Shown in pieces: positions 1 to 9,776 of a stretch of 64,000 nt of DNA. The stretch spans positions 1,882,662 through 1,946,661 of the forward strand of contig OY759724.1 of assembly GCA_963662715.1 (NCBI GenBank), given 5' to 3'. The position numbers and the translations under genes are program-made. Position 1 is the stretch's first letter. Each line of letters starts with the position of its first letter. The stretch is from Candidatus Omnitrophota bacterium (GTDB taxonomy: Bacteria > Omnitrophota > Gorgyraeia > Zapsychrales > JANLHA01). Under the pieces are notes generated by a model. It saw only the letters and a program-made list of their open reading frames with translations. It searched no databases and was not told the DNA's origin.

Positions 1-147
1 CGCGGGACAAGAAGTATTCCAAGAAAGAAAAGTATCAGGCCATTTGTCATTATATCGCTTCCATGACGGACCATTTTGCCCTGGAAGAGCACAAAAAATT
101 ATTTAACCCTTACACGAAAGTGTAACCGTTCTGAGATAAGGAATCGC

Positions 148-1242
148 ATGGCACAGAAGAGACTCGGATTTTTTAAAAATCAATACACCATTAGTCCGCA
201 GGAACGCTATAAGCGTATTCTCATGGCCGTTCATATGGTGTACCGCCTGGTAAATTCCACCTATAATGTCAAGGAGCTTTCTCTTCGGTTAACGAGGCTG
301 CTGTGCCAGTTTGTCCGCGGGAAGTCGGCCAGAGTTATTATCCTGGACCCGGACAAGAAGAAAATTGTCCTGGTGGCTATCTTTGACAATAAAATCAATA
401 TTTTAATCGATAAAAAGAAGGACCTGCAGAAAATCCCTTTGAAGGAAATTAAGGTCACGGAAGGTTATGCGATTTACGAGCAACGGCTGTTGGGGCTGCC
501 CATGGTGGCCGATGAAAATGTCGGTGCTATTTTTATCCGGCGGGGCCGTAATGAACCCTGCTTTACCGAATTTGACCGGGAAATGCTTTCGGTCTTCGCG
601 GAACAGTCTGTCACAGCCATAAAGAATCTGCAGCTTTATGAACAGCAGCAAAAAATTATTCTGGGCAGCATTAAGCTCATTGACAAGCTTCTGGAAAAAC
701 AAGGCCGCCGGGCCGGCCCGCATACGCCCGTGTATTTTTATATCGCCAAATCTATTGCGGAAGGATTGAACATCGGCCAGGAAGGCATCGACTGTCTTTT
801 TTACGCGAGTGTCCTTCACGATGCCGGAGCGATTGATGTCCCTTATGATATTCTCTCGAAGAACAGCCAACTGACGCCGGACGAATTTAAAATCATCCGG
901 GAACTTCCCAATAAGAGCGCCGAGCTTATCCGGCCGGTAGAATTTTTGGGCCCTGTCCTGCCGCTGGTGCTTTATCATCATGAGAAATATGACGGGACGG
1001 GATACCCTTCCGGCCTGAAAAAAGAACAGATCCCAATCGGTGCGAGAATCATGGCTGTGGTCGACGCCTTTGAAGCCATGGTGCGCGGGCGTCCCTACCG
1101 GAAGAATTTAACGATCCCCGAAGCCGTTAAGGAGATCCAGTTGCATAGCGGGACACAGTTTGACCCCAGGGTCGTTGATGTGTTTTGCGGTCTTTATAAA
1201 CAAAAAAATTTCAGAAATTACTTGAGACGCATTAAAAGATAA
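148..1242 (+). CDS. HD-GYP domain phosphohydrolase (c-di-GMP phosphodiesterase-like)
   Basis: HD..H and GYP motifs (HHEKYDGTGYPSGL); ORF from 76 starts on TTG, ATG at 148 preceded by aagga. Confidence 0.65.
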   Translation: MAQKRLGFFKNQYTISPQERYKRILMAVHMVYRLVNSTYNVKELSLRLTRLLCQFVRGKSARVIILDPDKKKIVLVAIFDNKINILIDKKKDLQKIPLKEIKVTEGYAIYEQRLLGLPMVADENVGAIFIRRGRNEPCFTEFDREMLSVFAEQSVTAIKNLQLYEQQQKIILGSIKLIDKLLEKQGRRAGPHTPVYFYIAKSIAEGLNIGQEGIDCLFYASVLHDAGAIDVPYDILSKNSQLTPDEFKIIRELPNKSAELIRPVEFLGPVLPLVLYHHEKYDGTGYPSGLKKEQIPIGARIMAVVDAFEAMVRGRPYRKNLTIPEAVKEIQLHSGTQFDPRVVDVFCGLYKQKNFRNYLRRIKR

Positions 1243-1351
1243 ACTTATAATAAGCTGTATCTTTGTTGCGTCTAAGATTCTCCGTGTTTTTTCCAGGGGG
1301 AAGAACATTCATATCCAGAATCTCTGCCGATATCTTAAGGAAGGCTTCTTG

Positions 1352-1975
1352 ATGAAAAAACCAACACAGATTGAATTGTTCCCGGGATCTTCTCGGGAAC
1401 AAGTTCCTCATACCCCGTCATCTTGTCTTAAGGGAAACCTGACAGTCTCTTTCGAGAGCATCGTTGTTTTGACTATTGCTGTCGTTATTGTTATGATTGT
1501 CTCCTTTTCCTTGGGCATAGAAAAGGGCAAGAGGCTTAGTCAGGCCGCTGAAAGACCGGTCAGAGAGGTAGCGGTGATAGCGCCCCGGTCGACGGCTGTT
1601 CCGCAGCCGGAGGAACGGCCGCAGGCTTCTAACTATCAAGTTGCCAATAAGATAGAACAAATTGTGCCTTTGTCGGTTGCCGTAATTCCGGAGCAGAAAA
1701 CGATTGAGACTTCTGACGCTCAAGTTGCCGTTGAAGAGGTGCCGGAAAAAACTGTTGACAAGTTCTATACTATTCAGGTAGCATCTTTCAAAAAAAGGAA
1801 ATTTGCCCAGGAGGAGGCGATGGCGTTAAAAGACAAAGGGTATGATATCATGGTTGTCCCCAAGGGGAAATATTCTATTGTTTGTGTCGGCAAGTTTTCC
1901 TTAAAAGAAGATGCGAAAATCGTTTCGCAGGAATTAAAGAAGAAATACAAAGACTGTTTAATAAGGAGATTGTAA
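1352..1975 (+). CDS. SPOR-domain membrane protein
   Basis: N-terminal TM helix; C-terminal SPOR-like FYTIQVASFKKRKFAQEEAMALKDKGYDIMVV; RBS taaggaagg then ATG. Confidence 0.55.
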   Translation: MKKPTQIELFPGSSREQVPHTPSSCLKGNLTVSFESIVVLTIAVVIVMIVSFSLGIEKGKRLSQAAERPVREVAVIAPRSTAVPQPEERPQASNYQVANKIEQIVPLSVAVIPEQKTIETSDAQVAVEEVPEKTVDKFYTIQVASFKKRKFAQEEAMALKDKGYDIMVVPKGKYSIVCVGKFSLKEDAKIVSQELKKKYKDCLIRRL

Positions 1976-1977
1976 CA

Positions 1978-2190
1978 ATGTCACTACATCCATCATTGCG
2001 AGTTGATACGGCCGGAGCTCAGCAGCGTACAGTTTTGACCCGTATTGAAAGAATCAAAGACTTGATGAAAAAGAATCTTTGGCAGGAAGGTCAGGACGTC
2101 ACGTGTTTGCCCAAGACCAAAATCGTTAAAGTTAAAGCCAAAAAGACGAAAGTTAAGAAAGAAGAAGGAAGTGAAACAGCCAAAAAGTAA
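1978..2190 (+). CDS. small basic hypothetical protein (K-rich C-terminus)
   Basis: ATG at 1978 right after the upstream stop; 70 aa; no recognisable domain. Confidence 0.3.
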   Translation: MSLHPSLRVDTAGAQQRTVLTRIERIKDLMKKNLWQEGQDVTCLPKTKIVKVKAKKTKVKKEEGSETAKK

Positions 2191-3106
2191 CGCCCGCTCC
2201 ATTCCCTGTTTCTCCTTTTGCTTGTTTGCTATTCGAACAAGCTTTCTGTCGGCACTCTTTTTATTCTTATCCCTTGCGGGAGGCTTCGGAACGCTGTTGG
2301 GGGAGCCTCTTTTTTTATGTGCGGAAGAATCTCAGATATACCCATTTGTCGGTGAGGTTACGGCACAAAACTATTTGAATATTCGGGCGGGGCAGAGCAC
2401 GAGTTTTGAAAAGGTGGGAAAGTTGCTGAGTGGAGAGAAGGTCGTTGTTGTTGACCAGGATTATAGCTGGTATAAGATTAAACTCCCGGAGAATGCCGAC
2501 AGTTATGTCAGTGCACAATTTATCAAAGTTCTGGGGGAAGGCATTGCCGAAGTTCAGGGGGGGCGTGTCAATATCCGGGCTCGGGGGCAGATAGGAGCCT
2601 CTATTTTAGGCCAGATTGAAAAAGGCGTGCTGATCCGGGTCCTGGAAGAGCCGGAACCGGAGGCGGAGTGGCATAAGATTGAACCGGTTGATGAGAGTTA
2701 CGGTTGGGTCTCGGTGGACTTTATCAAGCGTACGGACATGGCTGTGCCTCCCCCAAGAGTGGTCCAGTTGCCCACGAGAAATATTTATGTTAAAAAGCAA
2801 CTGGCAGAGCAAAAAGAGCAAGCGGAGGCCGCTCAAGCCCAGGCGGAGGCTGCCCGGCGAGAAGAAAAGAATAAAAATTTGATTTCGCTGCGGGGAATTA
2901 TTGTTGATGTCAATCAAACGTCTCTTTCGTCTGATATCCGCCATCGAATCGTGTTAGAAAATAATGAATCCTATTATTTAAAAGGATATCGGCGTTTATT
3001 TGATATTTTCCTCCACAATAAAGTGAACGTCGAAGGGGTTCTCCTTCCTGATGCGGACGCTTCGATCCCTGTTCTTTTCGTCAGTAAAATCAGCTATGTG
3101 CTTTAA
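2171..3106 (+). CDS. secreted protein with two bacterial SH3 (SH3b) domains
   Basis: two repeats of YLNIRAGQ / VNIRARGQ ... GWVSVDFI pattern; hydrophobic N-terminus; start uncertain (GTG at 2171). Confidence 0.5.
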   Translation: MKQPKSNARSIPCFSFCLFAIRTSFLSALFLFLSLAGGFGTLLGEPLFLCAEESQIYPFVGEVTAQNYLNIRAGQSTSFEKVGKLLSGEKVVVVDQDYSWYKIKLPENADSYVSAQFIKVLGEGIAEVQGGRVNIRARGQIGASILGQIEKGVLIRVLEEPEPEAEWHKIEPVDESYGWVSVDFIKRTDMAVPPPRVVQLPTRNIYVKKQLAEQKEQAEAAQAQAEAARREEKNKNLISLRGIIVDVNQTSLSSDIRHRIVLENNESYYLKGYRRLFDIFLHNKVNVEGVLLPDADASIPVLFVSKISYVL

Positions 3107-3144
3107 TGCCTTTTGAGGTCTCTATCCTCTGATCTCCCTGTCCT

Positions 3145-3759
3145 ATGGATGAATTTATACCGGTCGTTACAGTTTTGTTTGTTTCTGTGGTTTTTCATGA
3201 AGTCGCGCATGGATGGGTGGCCTACCTTTTGGGCGATTCCACCGCTTATCGGTCCGGCCGGTTGACTTTAAATCCTTTGAAACACATTGATCCCGTCGGA
3301 ACGCTGCTGGTCCCGACGGTCTTGAAATTGATGGGGCTTCCCCCTTTCGGGTGGGCCAAACCGGTTCCCATTAATTTTCTTAATTTCAAGAGGCCGCAGA
3401 AGGATATGATCTGGGTGGCGTTGGCCGGGCCGTTGACGAATGTGATACTTGCTCTTTCTGCCAGCACCTTTTTACGTTTATGGCCTTTGCCTTTGGGGTT
3501 CGGAAGGGATCTGTTGACCATCATTGTTTTTCTGAATCTTTTATTAGCCATCTTCAACCTTATCCCGATTCCGCCTCTGGACGGCTCGCGCATTGTTATG
3601 GGGCTATTGCCGATGTCTCTAGTCAGGAAGTACGCCCAGATAGAACCGATAGGATTATTCCTTGTCTTTGCCGCTTTGTTGCTGGGCTTGTTGGACGTCC
3701 TGGGCTCGGTGGTCTTATTTTTGTGCAAAATGCTGGGGCTGCATATCATCAGGCTGTAA
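3145..3759 (+). CDS. site-2 protease family (peptidase M50) membrane metalloprotease
   Basis: HEVAHGW (HExxH) in TM helix, LDGSR motif, multi-TM. Confidence 0.7.
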   Translation: MDEFIPVVTVLFVSVVFHEVAHGWVAYLLGDSTAYRSGRLTLNPLKHIDPVGTLLVPTVLKLMGLPPFGWAKPVPINFLNFKRPQKDMIWVALAGPLTNVILALSASTFLRLWPLPLGFGRDLLTIIVFLNLLLAIFNLIPIPPLDGSRIVMGLLPMSLVRKYAQIEPIGLFLVFAALLLGLLDVLGSVVLFLCKMLGLHIIRL

Positions 3760-3931
3760 CACGTCTCTTTATCCCGGGGTTGCGCGGTATCGGGGAATGA
3801 ATGCCAAGACCCGATTGAGAAATGCGCTTTGTGACATGCCGGGAAGAAGTCCGCTTGTCGTTTTTCGGGCGGCGTGGAGACGTTCAGGGGATTATTAAGA
3901 TTAATAAGAATGGAAATATGAGGAGGACGTC

Positions 3932-5017
3932 ATGATCAATATTAAGGTTGATCTGGGCGAAAACAGTTATAGCATTGTCATCGATCATAAGAGCCTGCAG
4001 GAGGTGGGGGGCAAGCTTAAGCCTCTTAACGTGGGAGACGACGCTGTCATCATCACGAATCCTGTCATTAAGCAATTGCACGGAAAGACTTTGAACGCAA
4101 GCCTGAAGAAAGCGGGCTTCAGCACAAAGTTTTTTGAAGTCCCGGACGGGGAAGAAAGCAAGTCCGCTGACCAGGCCTTTGATCTTATCGAAAAGATCGC
4201 CGGATACAACGTAAAAAGAAAAATTTTTATCGTGGCTTTCGGCGGAGGCGTTATCGGAGACTTGGCCGGTTACGTTGCCGCTGCGTACCGGAGGGGTATC
4301 CCCTATGTCCAAATCCCGACGACGCTCCTGGCGCAGATCGATTCAGCTATCGGCGGTAAAGTGGCCATAGATCTTCCTACCGGAAAAAATCTGGTGGGAG
4401 CCTTTTATCAGCCCCGTCTGGTCTTCAGCGACGTTTCTCTTTTAGCCACTTTGGATAAAAGGCAGATTTGTAACGGCCTGGCGGAAGTCATTAAATACGG
4501 GGCTATCTGCGACCGGAACTTCTTTGATTACATTTATCAGCATGTCCAGCAGATCCTCGATTTGGACCCGAAGGTGCTCAAGGAAATCGTCGCGAACTGC
4601 AGCCGGATCAAAGCCAAGGTTGTGATGAACGACGAAAGAGAAGTGAAGGGGGTCCGGACGATCCTTAACTTCGGGCACACGGTGGGGCATGCGATCGAGG
4701 GGGCCAACAAATACAAGGATTATCAGCACGGAGAATCTGTGGCCCTGGGTATGCGGATTGCCGCCGATATCTCGGTCCGGATGGGCCTGATCAGCCCGAA
4801 CAGCGTTGAAAGGCTTAATGACCTGATTACGGCTGTCGGTTTACCGGAACGTATTAAATACGTATCCCTGAATGATATTCTCAAGTTCATGGAACATGAC
4901 AAAAAGTTTTCCGGGAAGAAAAATAAGTTTGTCCTCCTCACCGGCCTGGGAAGCGTGAAGGTGATTGAAGGCGTTGAGAAGGAGTATATTGAAGCCGCTA
5001 TAAAGAATTATTTGTGA
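3932..5017 (+). CDS. aroB: 3-dehydroquinate synthase
   Basis: GGGVIGDLAGYVAA... IPTTLLAQIDSAIGGKVAIDLPTGKNLVGAFYQP signature. Confidence 0.9.
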   Translation: MINIKVDLGENSYSIVIDHKSLQEVGGKLKPLNVGDDAVIITNPVIKQLHGKTLNASLKKAGFSTKFFEVPDGEESKSADQAFDLIEKIAGYNVKRKIFIVAFGGGVIGDLAGYVAAAYRRGIPYVQIPTTLLAQIDSAIGGKVAIDLPTGKNLVGAFYQPRLVFSDVSLLATLDKRQICNGLAEVIKYGAICDRNFFDYIYQHVQQILDLDPKVLKEIVANCSRIKAKVVMNDEREVKGVRTILNFGHTVGHAIEGANKYKDYQHGESVALGMRIAADISVRMGLISPNSVERLNDLITAVGLPERIKYVSLNDILKFMEHDKKFSGKKNKFVLLTGLGSVKVIEGVEKEYIEAAIKNYL

Positions 5018-5030
5018 TTGGACGGTTGTG

Positions 5031-5603
5031 CTAGTTGCCGAAAACCTTAATGATCGAGATGTTCTGGTCCTGGTCTGCGAGGTGAACTTTATCCCGTTCA
5101 ATCTCAACGATGCGTTTCCCGGCAACGATATCTCCCAGTTCATAAATGTCATCATTGATCAGGGCGACCCTTTTTTCCCCCATCGTCATAATTCCCGATA
5201 AGTGCAGCCCGCCGTCCCCCTGAGGCCTGTTCTGTGTTCCTGCCGTGTGACTGTTCTCAGCGGAGAACGGCAGAAGGTTAAAGAACCACAGGCTTCCCGC
5301 GGTCATAAGCAGGACGAGACCGATGCTTATCCCCAGCCATTTTTTTGCGGAGCCTTTTCTGGGCGCGCTTTGTTTTTCCGCCCGGGGAGGACTTTGCGGC
5401 TTTGCGGCCGGAGACAGTTTTGCCGGCTGCTTTGGCTGAGGCGTCTCTGCCTGTTGTGCCGGCCGTGCGAAACGTTCGTCTCCCAGTTTGGTTGAATTGT
5501 CGGTCTGCGGATTATGCGTTTCTGCCCCTTCCAGAGGAGCGTTGCTTTTTTCCTGATTCATGCGGTTTTGTGCTTTTTTTAAGGCATCATTGATAATGCT
5601 CAT
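5031..5603 (-). CDS. GspB-like bitopic membrane protein (Pro-rich, single TM)
   Basis: cytoplasmic Pro/Gln-rich region, one TM, periplasmic C-terminus; 1 nt downstream of GspA-like ATPase. Confidence 0.4.
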   Translation of the reverse strand: MSIINDALKKAQNRMNQEKSNAPLEGAETHNPQTDNSTKLGDERFARPAQQAETPQPKQPAKLSPAAKPQSPPRAEKQSAPRKGSAKKWLGISIGLVLLMTAGSLWFFNLLPFSAENSHTAGTQNRPQGDGGLHLSGIMTMGEKRVALINDDIYELGDIVAGKRIVEIERDKVHLADQDQNISIIKVFGN

Positions 5604-5604
5604 T

Positions 5605-6465
5605 TTAGTTTACCTCTCTGGCGCATTTGTAGATGATTTTTTCATCAATTGTGTAAGTCTCTTGAGTGAACCCGGCTAATAAAGCCCGGTCACAGATGAT
5701 ATTAATAACCCGAGGGGTTCCCTTAGATATTAAAAAAACAGCCTCGACGGCTTGGTCGGTAAAACAGACCTGCGGCGTTCCGTTCGTCTGCGCCCGGGCT
5801 GTTTTTAAGCGGTAAGAAATATATTCCCCGATCTCATGCTTCTCGAGAGGGAGGATATGATAGCGTACAGCGACGCGTTGATTAAGCTGCCTTAAAGAAG
5901 GCAGCTTGAGCTTGTCCAGCAGTTCCGGCTGTCCCACGAGAATGATTTGCAGCAGTTTGAACTTTTCCGTTTCAATATTGGACAGCAGCCGGATCTGCTC
6001 CAGCTGGCTGGGTTTAAGGTTTTGAGCTTCGTCAATGATGAGAACAATGTTGCGGCCAAGTTCGTTTTCCTGTAAAAGGAATTCGTTCAGGGCGTTGATC
6101 AAGGCGAGTTTGTTTTTGTGGTCCCCCTTGATGCCGAAATCGTTCAGGATAAGCTGAAGGAGCTGAATCTCCGAGAAAGACGGGTTAAGAATGAGGGCCG
6201 TTTTGATGTTTTCATCCAGCCGGGTCAATAAGGTGCGGCAGAGGGTTGTTTTCCCGGTCCCGATCTCGCCTGTGACCACCATAATCCCTTTGCGCTGCCG
6301 GACCCCGTAAATCAGATGTGAAAAAGCATCGTGATGATGTGCGCTGTCAAAAAAGTACTCGGGATCGGAGGTCACATTGAAGGGGAAATCTTTAAAGTCG
6401 TAGAATTCTTTATACATGCGCACAATTATATCATGCGGTATAAATGCGGACAATGAGGATTTCAT
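5605..6465 (-). CDS. GspA/ExeA-like AAA ATPase
   Basis: Walker A GEIGTGKTTL, Walker B IIDEAQNL; ExeA-like architecture without PG-binding domain. Confidence 0.7.
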   Translation of the reverse strand: MKSSLSAFIPHDIIVRMYKEFYDFKDFPFNVTSDPEYFFDSAHHHDAFSHLIYGVRQRKGIMVVTGEIGTGKTTLCRTLLTRLDENIKTALILNPSFSEIQLLQLILNDFGIKGDHKNKLALINALNEFLLQENELGRNIVLIIDEAQNLKPSQLEQIRLLSNIETEKFKLLQIILVGQPELLDKLKLPSLRQLNQRVAVRYHILPLEKHEIGEYISYRLKTARAQTNGTPQVCFTDQAVEAVFLISKGTPRVINIICDRALLAGFTQETYTIDEKIIYKCAREVN

Positions 6466-6660
6466 GAATATTTGATGTGTTGTTCGGCTTCGCCGGCACT
6501 AAGTCTTTGTCCTATAAATTGTTGGAAAACAGAGGCCCCGGGGGCGGTGCTTCTGGGGCTGCGGCGTTTCCTGCAATGAAGGGGAAAAAAATAATTGTCT
6601 ATGAATGATAATATGTTATAATTCTGCAAAAGACGACTCTTAAATTTAATCAATATTTTT

Positions 6661-7038
6661 GTGTTTGAGAAAAGAAAATACAAGCGGGTCAATTTTAGAG
6701 AGGCCATAGAATATCACGTTCTGCCCGGAGCGCCAGGTCACGGTCTGCGCCTGCAGCCTTTCGGGGGGTGTCTCAGTTGGGACTTAAGTGAAGGGGGGAT
6801 CCGTTTCCGGGCGTATTCGTTTATTCCGCTTAACACAGATTTATCCCTGCAATTTTCTTTGAATAAGGAACGCACGTTAAAATTGGTTGCCCGGGTTGTT
6901 TGGGTTCAGAAACTTCCTCATTCTGAGCAGTATAATCTGGGCTTGGAGTTTGCAAAAACCCCGCAGAACATCCAGGGGCAAAAGAGTCTGCACAATTATT
7001 TCAGGCGGTGTATGAACCCTAAACGGAAACGCCTCTGA
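6661..7038 (+). CDS. PilZ domain protein
   Basis: RxxxR (KRKYKRVNFR) and DxSxxG (DLSEGGIRF) c-di-GMP binding motifs; GTG start. Confidence 0.55.
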   Translation: MFEKRKYKRVNFREAIEYHVLPGAPGHGLRLQPFGGCLSWDLSEGGIRFRAYSFIPLNTDLSLQFSLNKERTLKLVARVVWVQKLPHSEQYNLGLEFAKTPQNIQGQKSLHNYFRRCMNPKRKRL

Positions 7039-7233
7039 TTTCCTGCCGGACACGGCTTATCGGCAGACGATGGCTGTTGAGGTCCGGTTTGGGGACGGCC
7101 GGCAGAAGAGATTTTAAAAGTTGTTAAAAGAAGGAAGCTCGCACAGGACAGTGTCATTATTCATATCCGGAGAAACACGGCACTTCCGGATATAAGTGCG
7201 AAATCATATGTGGAGAAAGGAGTTAACGGTTTT

Positions 7234-7392
7234 ATGGCTGATCAAGATGAAGCTTTGAAAAATTGCGGTGCATGTAAAAAGGCTGTTACGAAAACGAAAA
7301 GATATTACCGAAACGGTAAATATTATTGCAATCAGAACTGCTGGAAGAAAGCCAAGGCAGCGGCGGCTGCCAGTCAGGCAGAAAGTTCATAA
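7234..7392 (+). CDS. small zinc-ribbon protein
   Basis: CGAC...17...CNQNC; RBS gagaaaggag upstream of ATG 7234. Confidence 0.35.
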   Translation: MADQDEALKNCGACKKAVTKTKRYYRNGKYYCNQNCWKKAKAAAAASQAESS

Positions 7393-7424
7393 TAAGCTGG
7401 TTCATGCAAGCTTAAGGAGGAACT

Positions 7425-7814
7425 GTGTGCCAAGAATTTAGCGGGATGGACCGCAGGAAACATCCCCGGACAGAAGGAAATATCCCTGTTAAGATTTACA
7501 GCGATGATTTTGATGTCGTGACGGAAACGAAAAATTTAAGCCGTGCAGGGGTGTATTGTCAGGTCGATAAGTATATTGAACCCATGACAAAGTTAAATAT
7601 CCACCTGCTCCTTTCCTGTAAGAAAGACGGTAAGATTACGACAAAGAAGGTGTCTTGTCAGGGTGTTATTGTGCGCACCGAGTCCGTGCCTGGAACGGAT
7701 ATTTTTAATGTCGCGATATACTTTAATGAAATCAAAGCGAGAGACGCGGAAAATATCGCGGACTTTGTTGAAATCATGTTGGATAAGAATTCCGACACCT
7801 CAGAGTGTTCATAA
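7425..7814 (+). CDS. PilZ domain protein
   Basis: RKHPR and NLSRAGVY motifs; aaggagg RBS 5 nt before GTG 7425. Confidence 0.55.
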   Translation: MCQEFSGMDRRKHPRTEGNIPVKIYSDDFDVVTETKNLSRAGVYCQVDKYIEPMTKLNIHLLLSCKKDGKITTKKVSCQGVIVRTESVPGTDIFNVAIYFNEIKARDAENIADFVEIMLDKNSDTSECS

Positions 7815-7874
7815 TAACGGAATATCGACAGGCTGTTTTCTGTCTTTGCGTTTCCTTACATTTGGGAGTTTTAT

Positions 7875-8042
7875 ATGGAAAGCGTATTGAATTTATCTCC
7901 GGCTCAAATGGTTTTTATGATGCTTTTACAAATGTGGATTTTTGTGATTTTCCCGGTTATTATCATTAAGAAGTTGAACTATATGACCGATCTGCTGGAA
8001 GGTCTTTATGTGGATAATGAGCAAGATGCCGGATCTATTTAG
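7875..8042 (+). CDS. small hydrophobic protein (55 aa)
   Basis: ATG 7875; one predicted TM (MVFMMLLQMWIFVIFPVIII); absent from the >=60 aa track. Confidence 0.25.
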   Translation: MESVLNLSPAQMVFMMLLQMWIFVIFPVIIIKKLNYMTDLLEGLYVDNEQDAGSI

Positions 8043-8089
8043 GGATACCTGATCCTGTCGTTCGTCCCCTCCAAATTATTACTTCTGCC

Positions 8090-8818
8090 ATGATTGAGAT
8101 CCTGTACGAAGATGATGATTATATGGTTTTTAACAAACCGGCGGGTCTTCTCGTCATCCCTTCTCCCCGGCAAACGACGAATACTCTGCTTCATCTTGTC
8201 AACAGGATGAAGCAGCCCTTCGGCAAAGATTCTGCTCAAACGAATGTCGTCGCGGATAAGCGCAAACTGTATCCGTGCCATCGGTTGGACCGGGAAACTT
8301 CGGGGGTTATTCTTTTTGCCAAAGGGAAACGGAATCAGAAAATCATGATGGAATCTTTTCGCCGGCAGGAGGTGAAGAAAACTTACATTGCTTTTGTCCG
8401 GGGCCGGATTGCTCCTCTCCGGGGACGGATTGCCCTGCCCGTGAAAGACCGTTATGCCAAGGCCACGGTCAGCGCCGGTAAAAAAAGCGGCCATTTTGGG
8501 CAGATATCCCGGCCGGTTGAAAAAGATGCCGTAACGGAATATTCTGTTTTGTCCGTGCTTGAATCTTTTTCCGTGATTCAGGTTTTTCCCAAAACAGGCC
8601 GTAAGAATCAGATCCGTATTCATTTTAAAAATATCGGACACCCTCTTTTGGGGGAACGGGTCTATGCTTTTCGAAAGGATTTTCCTTTGCATTTCAAGCG
8701 TTTGGCTTTGCATGCACAAACCTTGAACTGGAAACATCCCGTGTCCCGCAAAAGAATCAATGTGCGGGCGCCTTTGCCGGATGATATGCAGCAATTCTGG
8801 GACAAATATAAGACTTAA
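8090..8818 (+). CDS. RluA-family pseudouridine synthase
   Basis: catalytic HRLDRETSGVILFAK motif. Confidence 0.8.
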   Translation: MIEILYEDDDYMVFNKPAGLLVIPSPRQTTNTLLHLVNRMKQPFGKDSAQTNVVADKRKLYPCHRLDRETSGVILFAKGKRNQKIMMESFRRQEVKKTYIAFVRGRIAPLRGRIALPVKDRYAKATVSAGKKSGHFGQISRPVEKDAVTEYSVLSVLESFSVIQVFPKTGRKNQIRIHFKNIGHPLLGERVYAFRKDFPLHFKRLALHAQTLNWKHPVSRKRINVRAPLPDDMQQFWDKYKT

Positions 8819-8829
8819 AATATCTCTTT

Positions 8830-9159
8830 ATGAAAGGACGGTACGGTTTGGATGCGATAACAGAAAAAAAGACTCTGAATGAATGGGCTGAACTATGCCA
8901 TGCGATTGCCAGAGAGAAGGGGTTCTGGGATGAAGAAAGGAACATCGGTGAGGCCCTGATGCTGATTGTGACTGAACTGGCGGAAGCCATGGAAGCCCAC
9001 CGGACGCAGGACGATGAGAATTTCAGGGAAGAGATCGCCGATACCTTTATTCGCTTGCTGGATCTTTGCGGGGGCCTTAAGATAGATATTGAAGGGGAGA
9101 TTGAAAAGAAATCATTGAAAAATAAAAAGAGACCGTATAAACACGGAAAGATTTGTTGA
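8830..9159 (+). CDS. MazG-like nucleotide pyrophosphohydrolase domain protein
   Basis: EALMLIVTELAEAMEAHR ... EEIADTFIRLL typical of the MazG/NTP-PPase all-alpha fold. Confidence 0.5.
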   Translation: MKGRYGLDAITEKKTLNEWAELCHAIAREKGFWDEERNIGEALMLIVTELAEAMEAHRTQDDENFREEIADTFIRLLDLCGGLKIDIEGEIEKKSLKNKKRPYKHGKIC

Positions 9160-9235
9160 TCTTACGGGACCCTAATATCAGCGGAAGATCAGCCTGGGGG
9201 TATCATCCTTGTCCTGATTTGAGGTTTTTAAAGAT

Positions 9236-9709
9236 ATGCTGACAAAAAAATTGAGTGTGTTTATCTTTATTCTGTTCTTTGGATTTTGCGGCTGCGCCAA
9301 AAATTACGTGCCGCATTATCTTCAGAAACACCACCCGTATATCCGCCGCTTTCACGGGAACTTTGAACTGTCCCGGACGGCCGTGACACAGGCTCTGCAG
9401 GATATGGGATGGACGATCTCCGAAGAGACGGAACCGGAGGTTTATGAACACCATCCTTATAACGACTTGGACGCTCAGCAGATTCTTTTGATTACAGACA
9501 AGAAAGAGATAAAGTCCTTCTGGGGACGGCGGTATTCCATCGTTAATGTGTTTCTTCGGCATAAAAATAATGTCTCGGAAATAGAAATACGTATTATGAA
9601 GGGCCATTCCGTGTGGCTTAAGGAATTCCGGCGTTACCGTGATGATAAAACGGCCGACCGTCTGTTTGAAAGCATCGAACAAACGCTGGGGGGCAAGACC
9701 GTCCAATAA
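9236..9709 (+). CDS. lipoprotein, unknown function
   Basis: signal peptide with lipobox FGFCGC. Confidence 0.5.
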   Translation: MLTKKLSVFIFILFFGFCGCAKNYVPHYLQKHHPYIRRFHGNFELSRTAVTQALQDMGWTISEETEPEVYEHHPYNDLDAQQILLITDKKEIKSFWGRRYSIVNVFLRHKNNVSEIEIRIMKGHSVWLKEFRRYRDDKTADRLFESIEQTLGGKTVQ

Positions 9710-9776
9710 GGGCTGAGCGTGGATATGCCGCTTCACGGTGCACTCCCGCATCAGCCGCAGGCAATATCTATCCCTT

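Noticed and set aside
403-981. 192-aa minus-strand ORF inside the HD-GYP gene
   Set aside because: Fully antisense to a well-supported CDS and has no domain signal; a typical shadow ORF.
8039-8794. 251-aa minus-strand ORF overlapping the rluA-family gene
   Set aside because: Antisense to a gene with a clear catalytic motif; a GC-rich shadow ORF.
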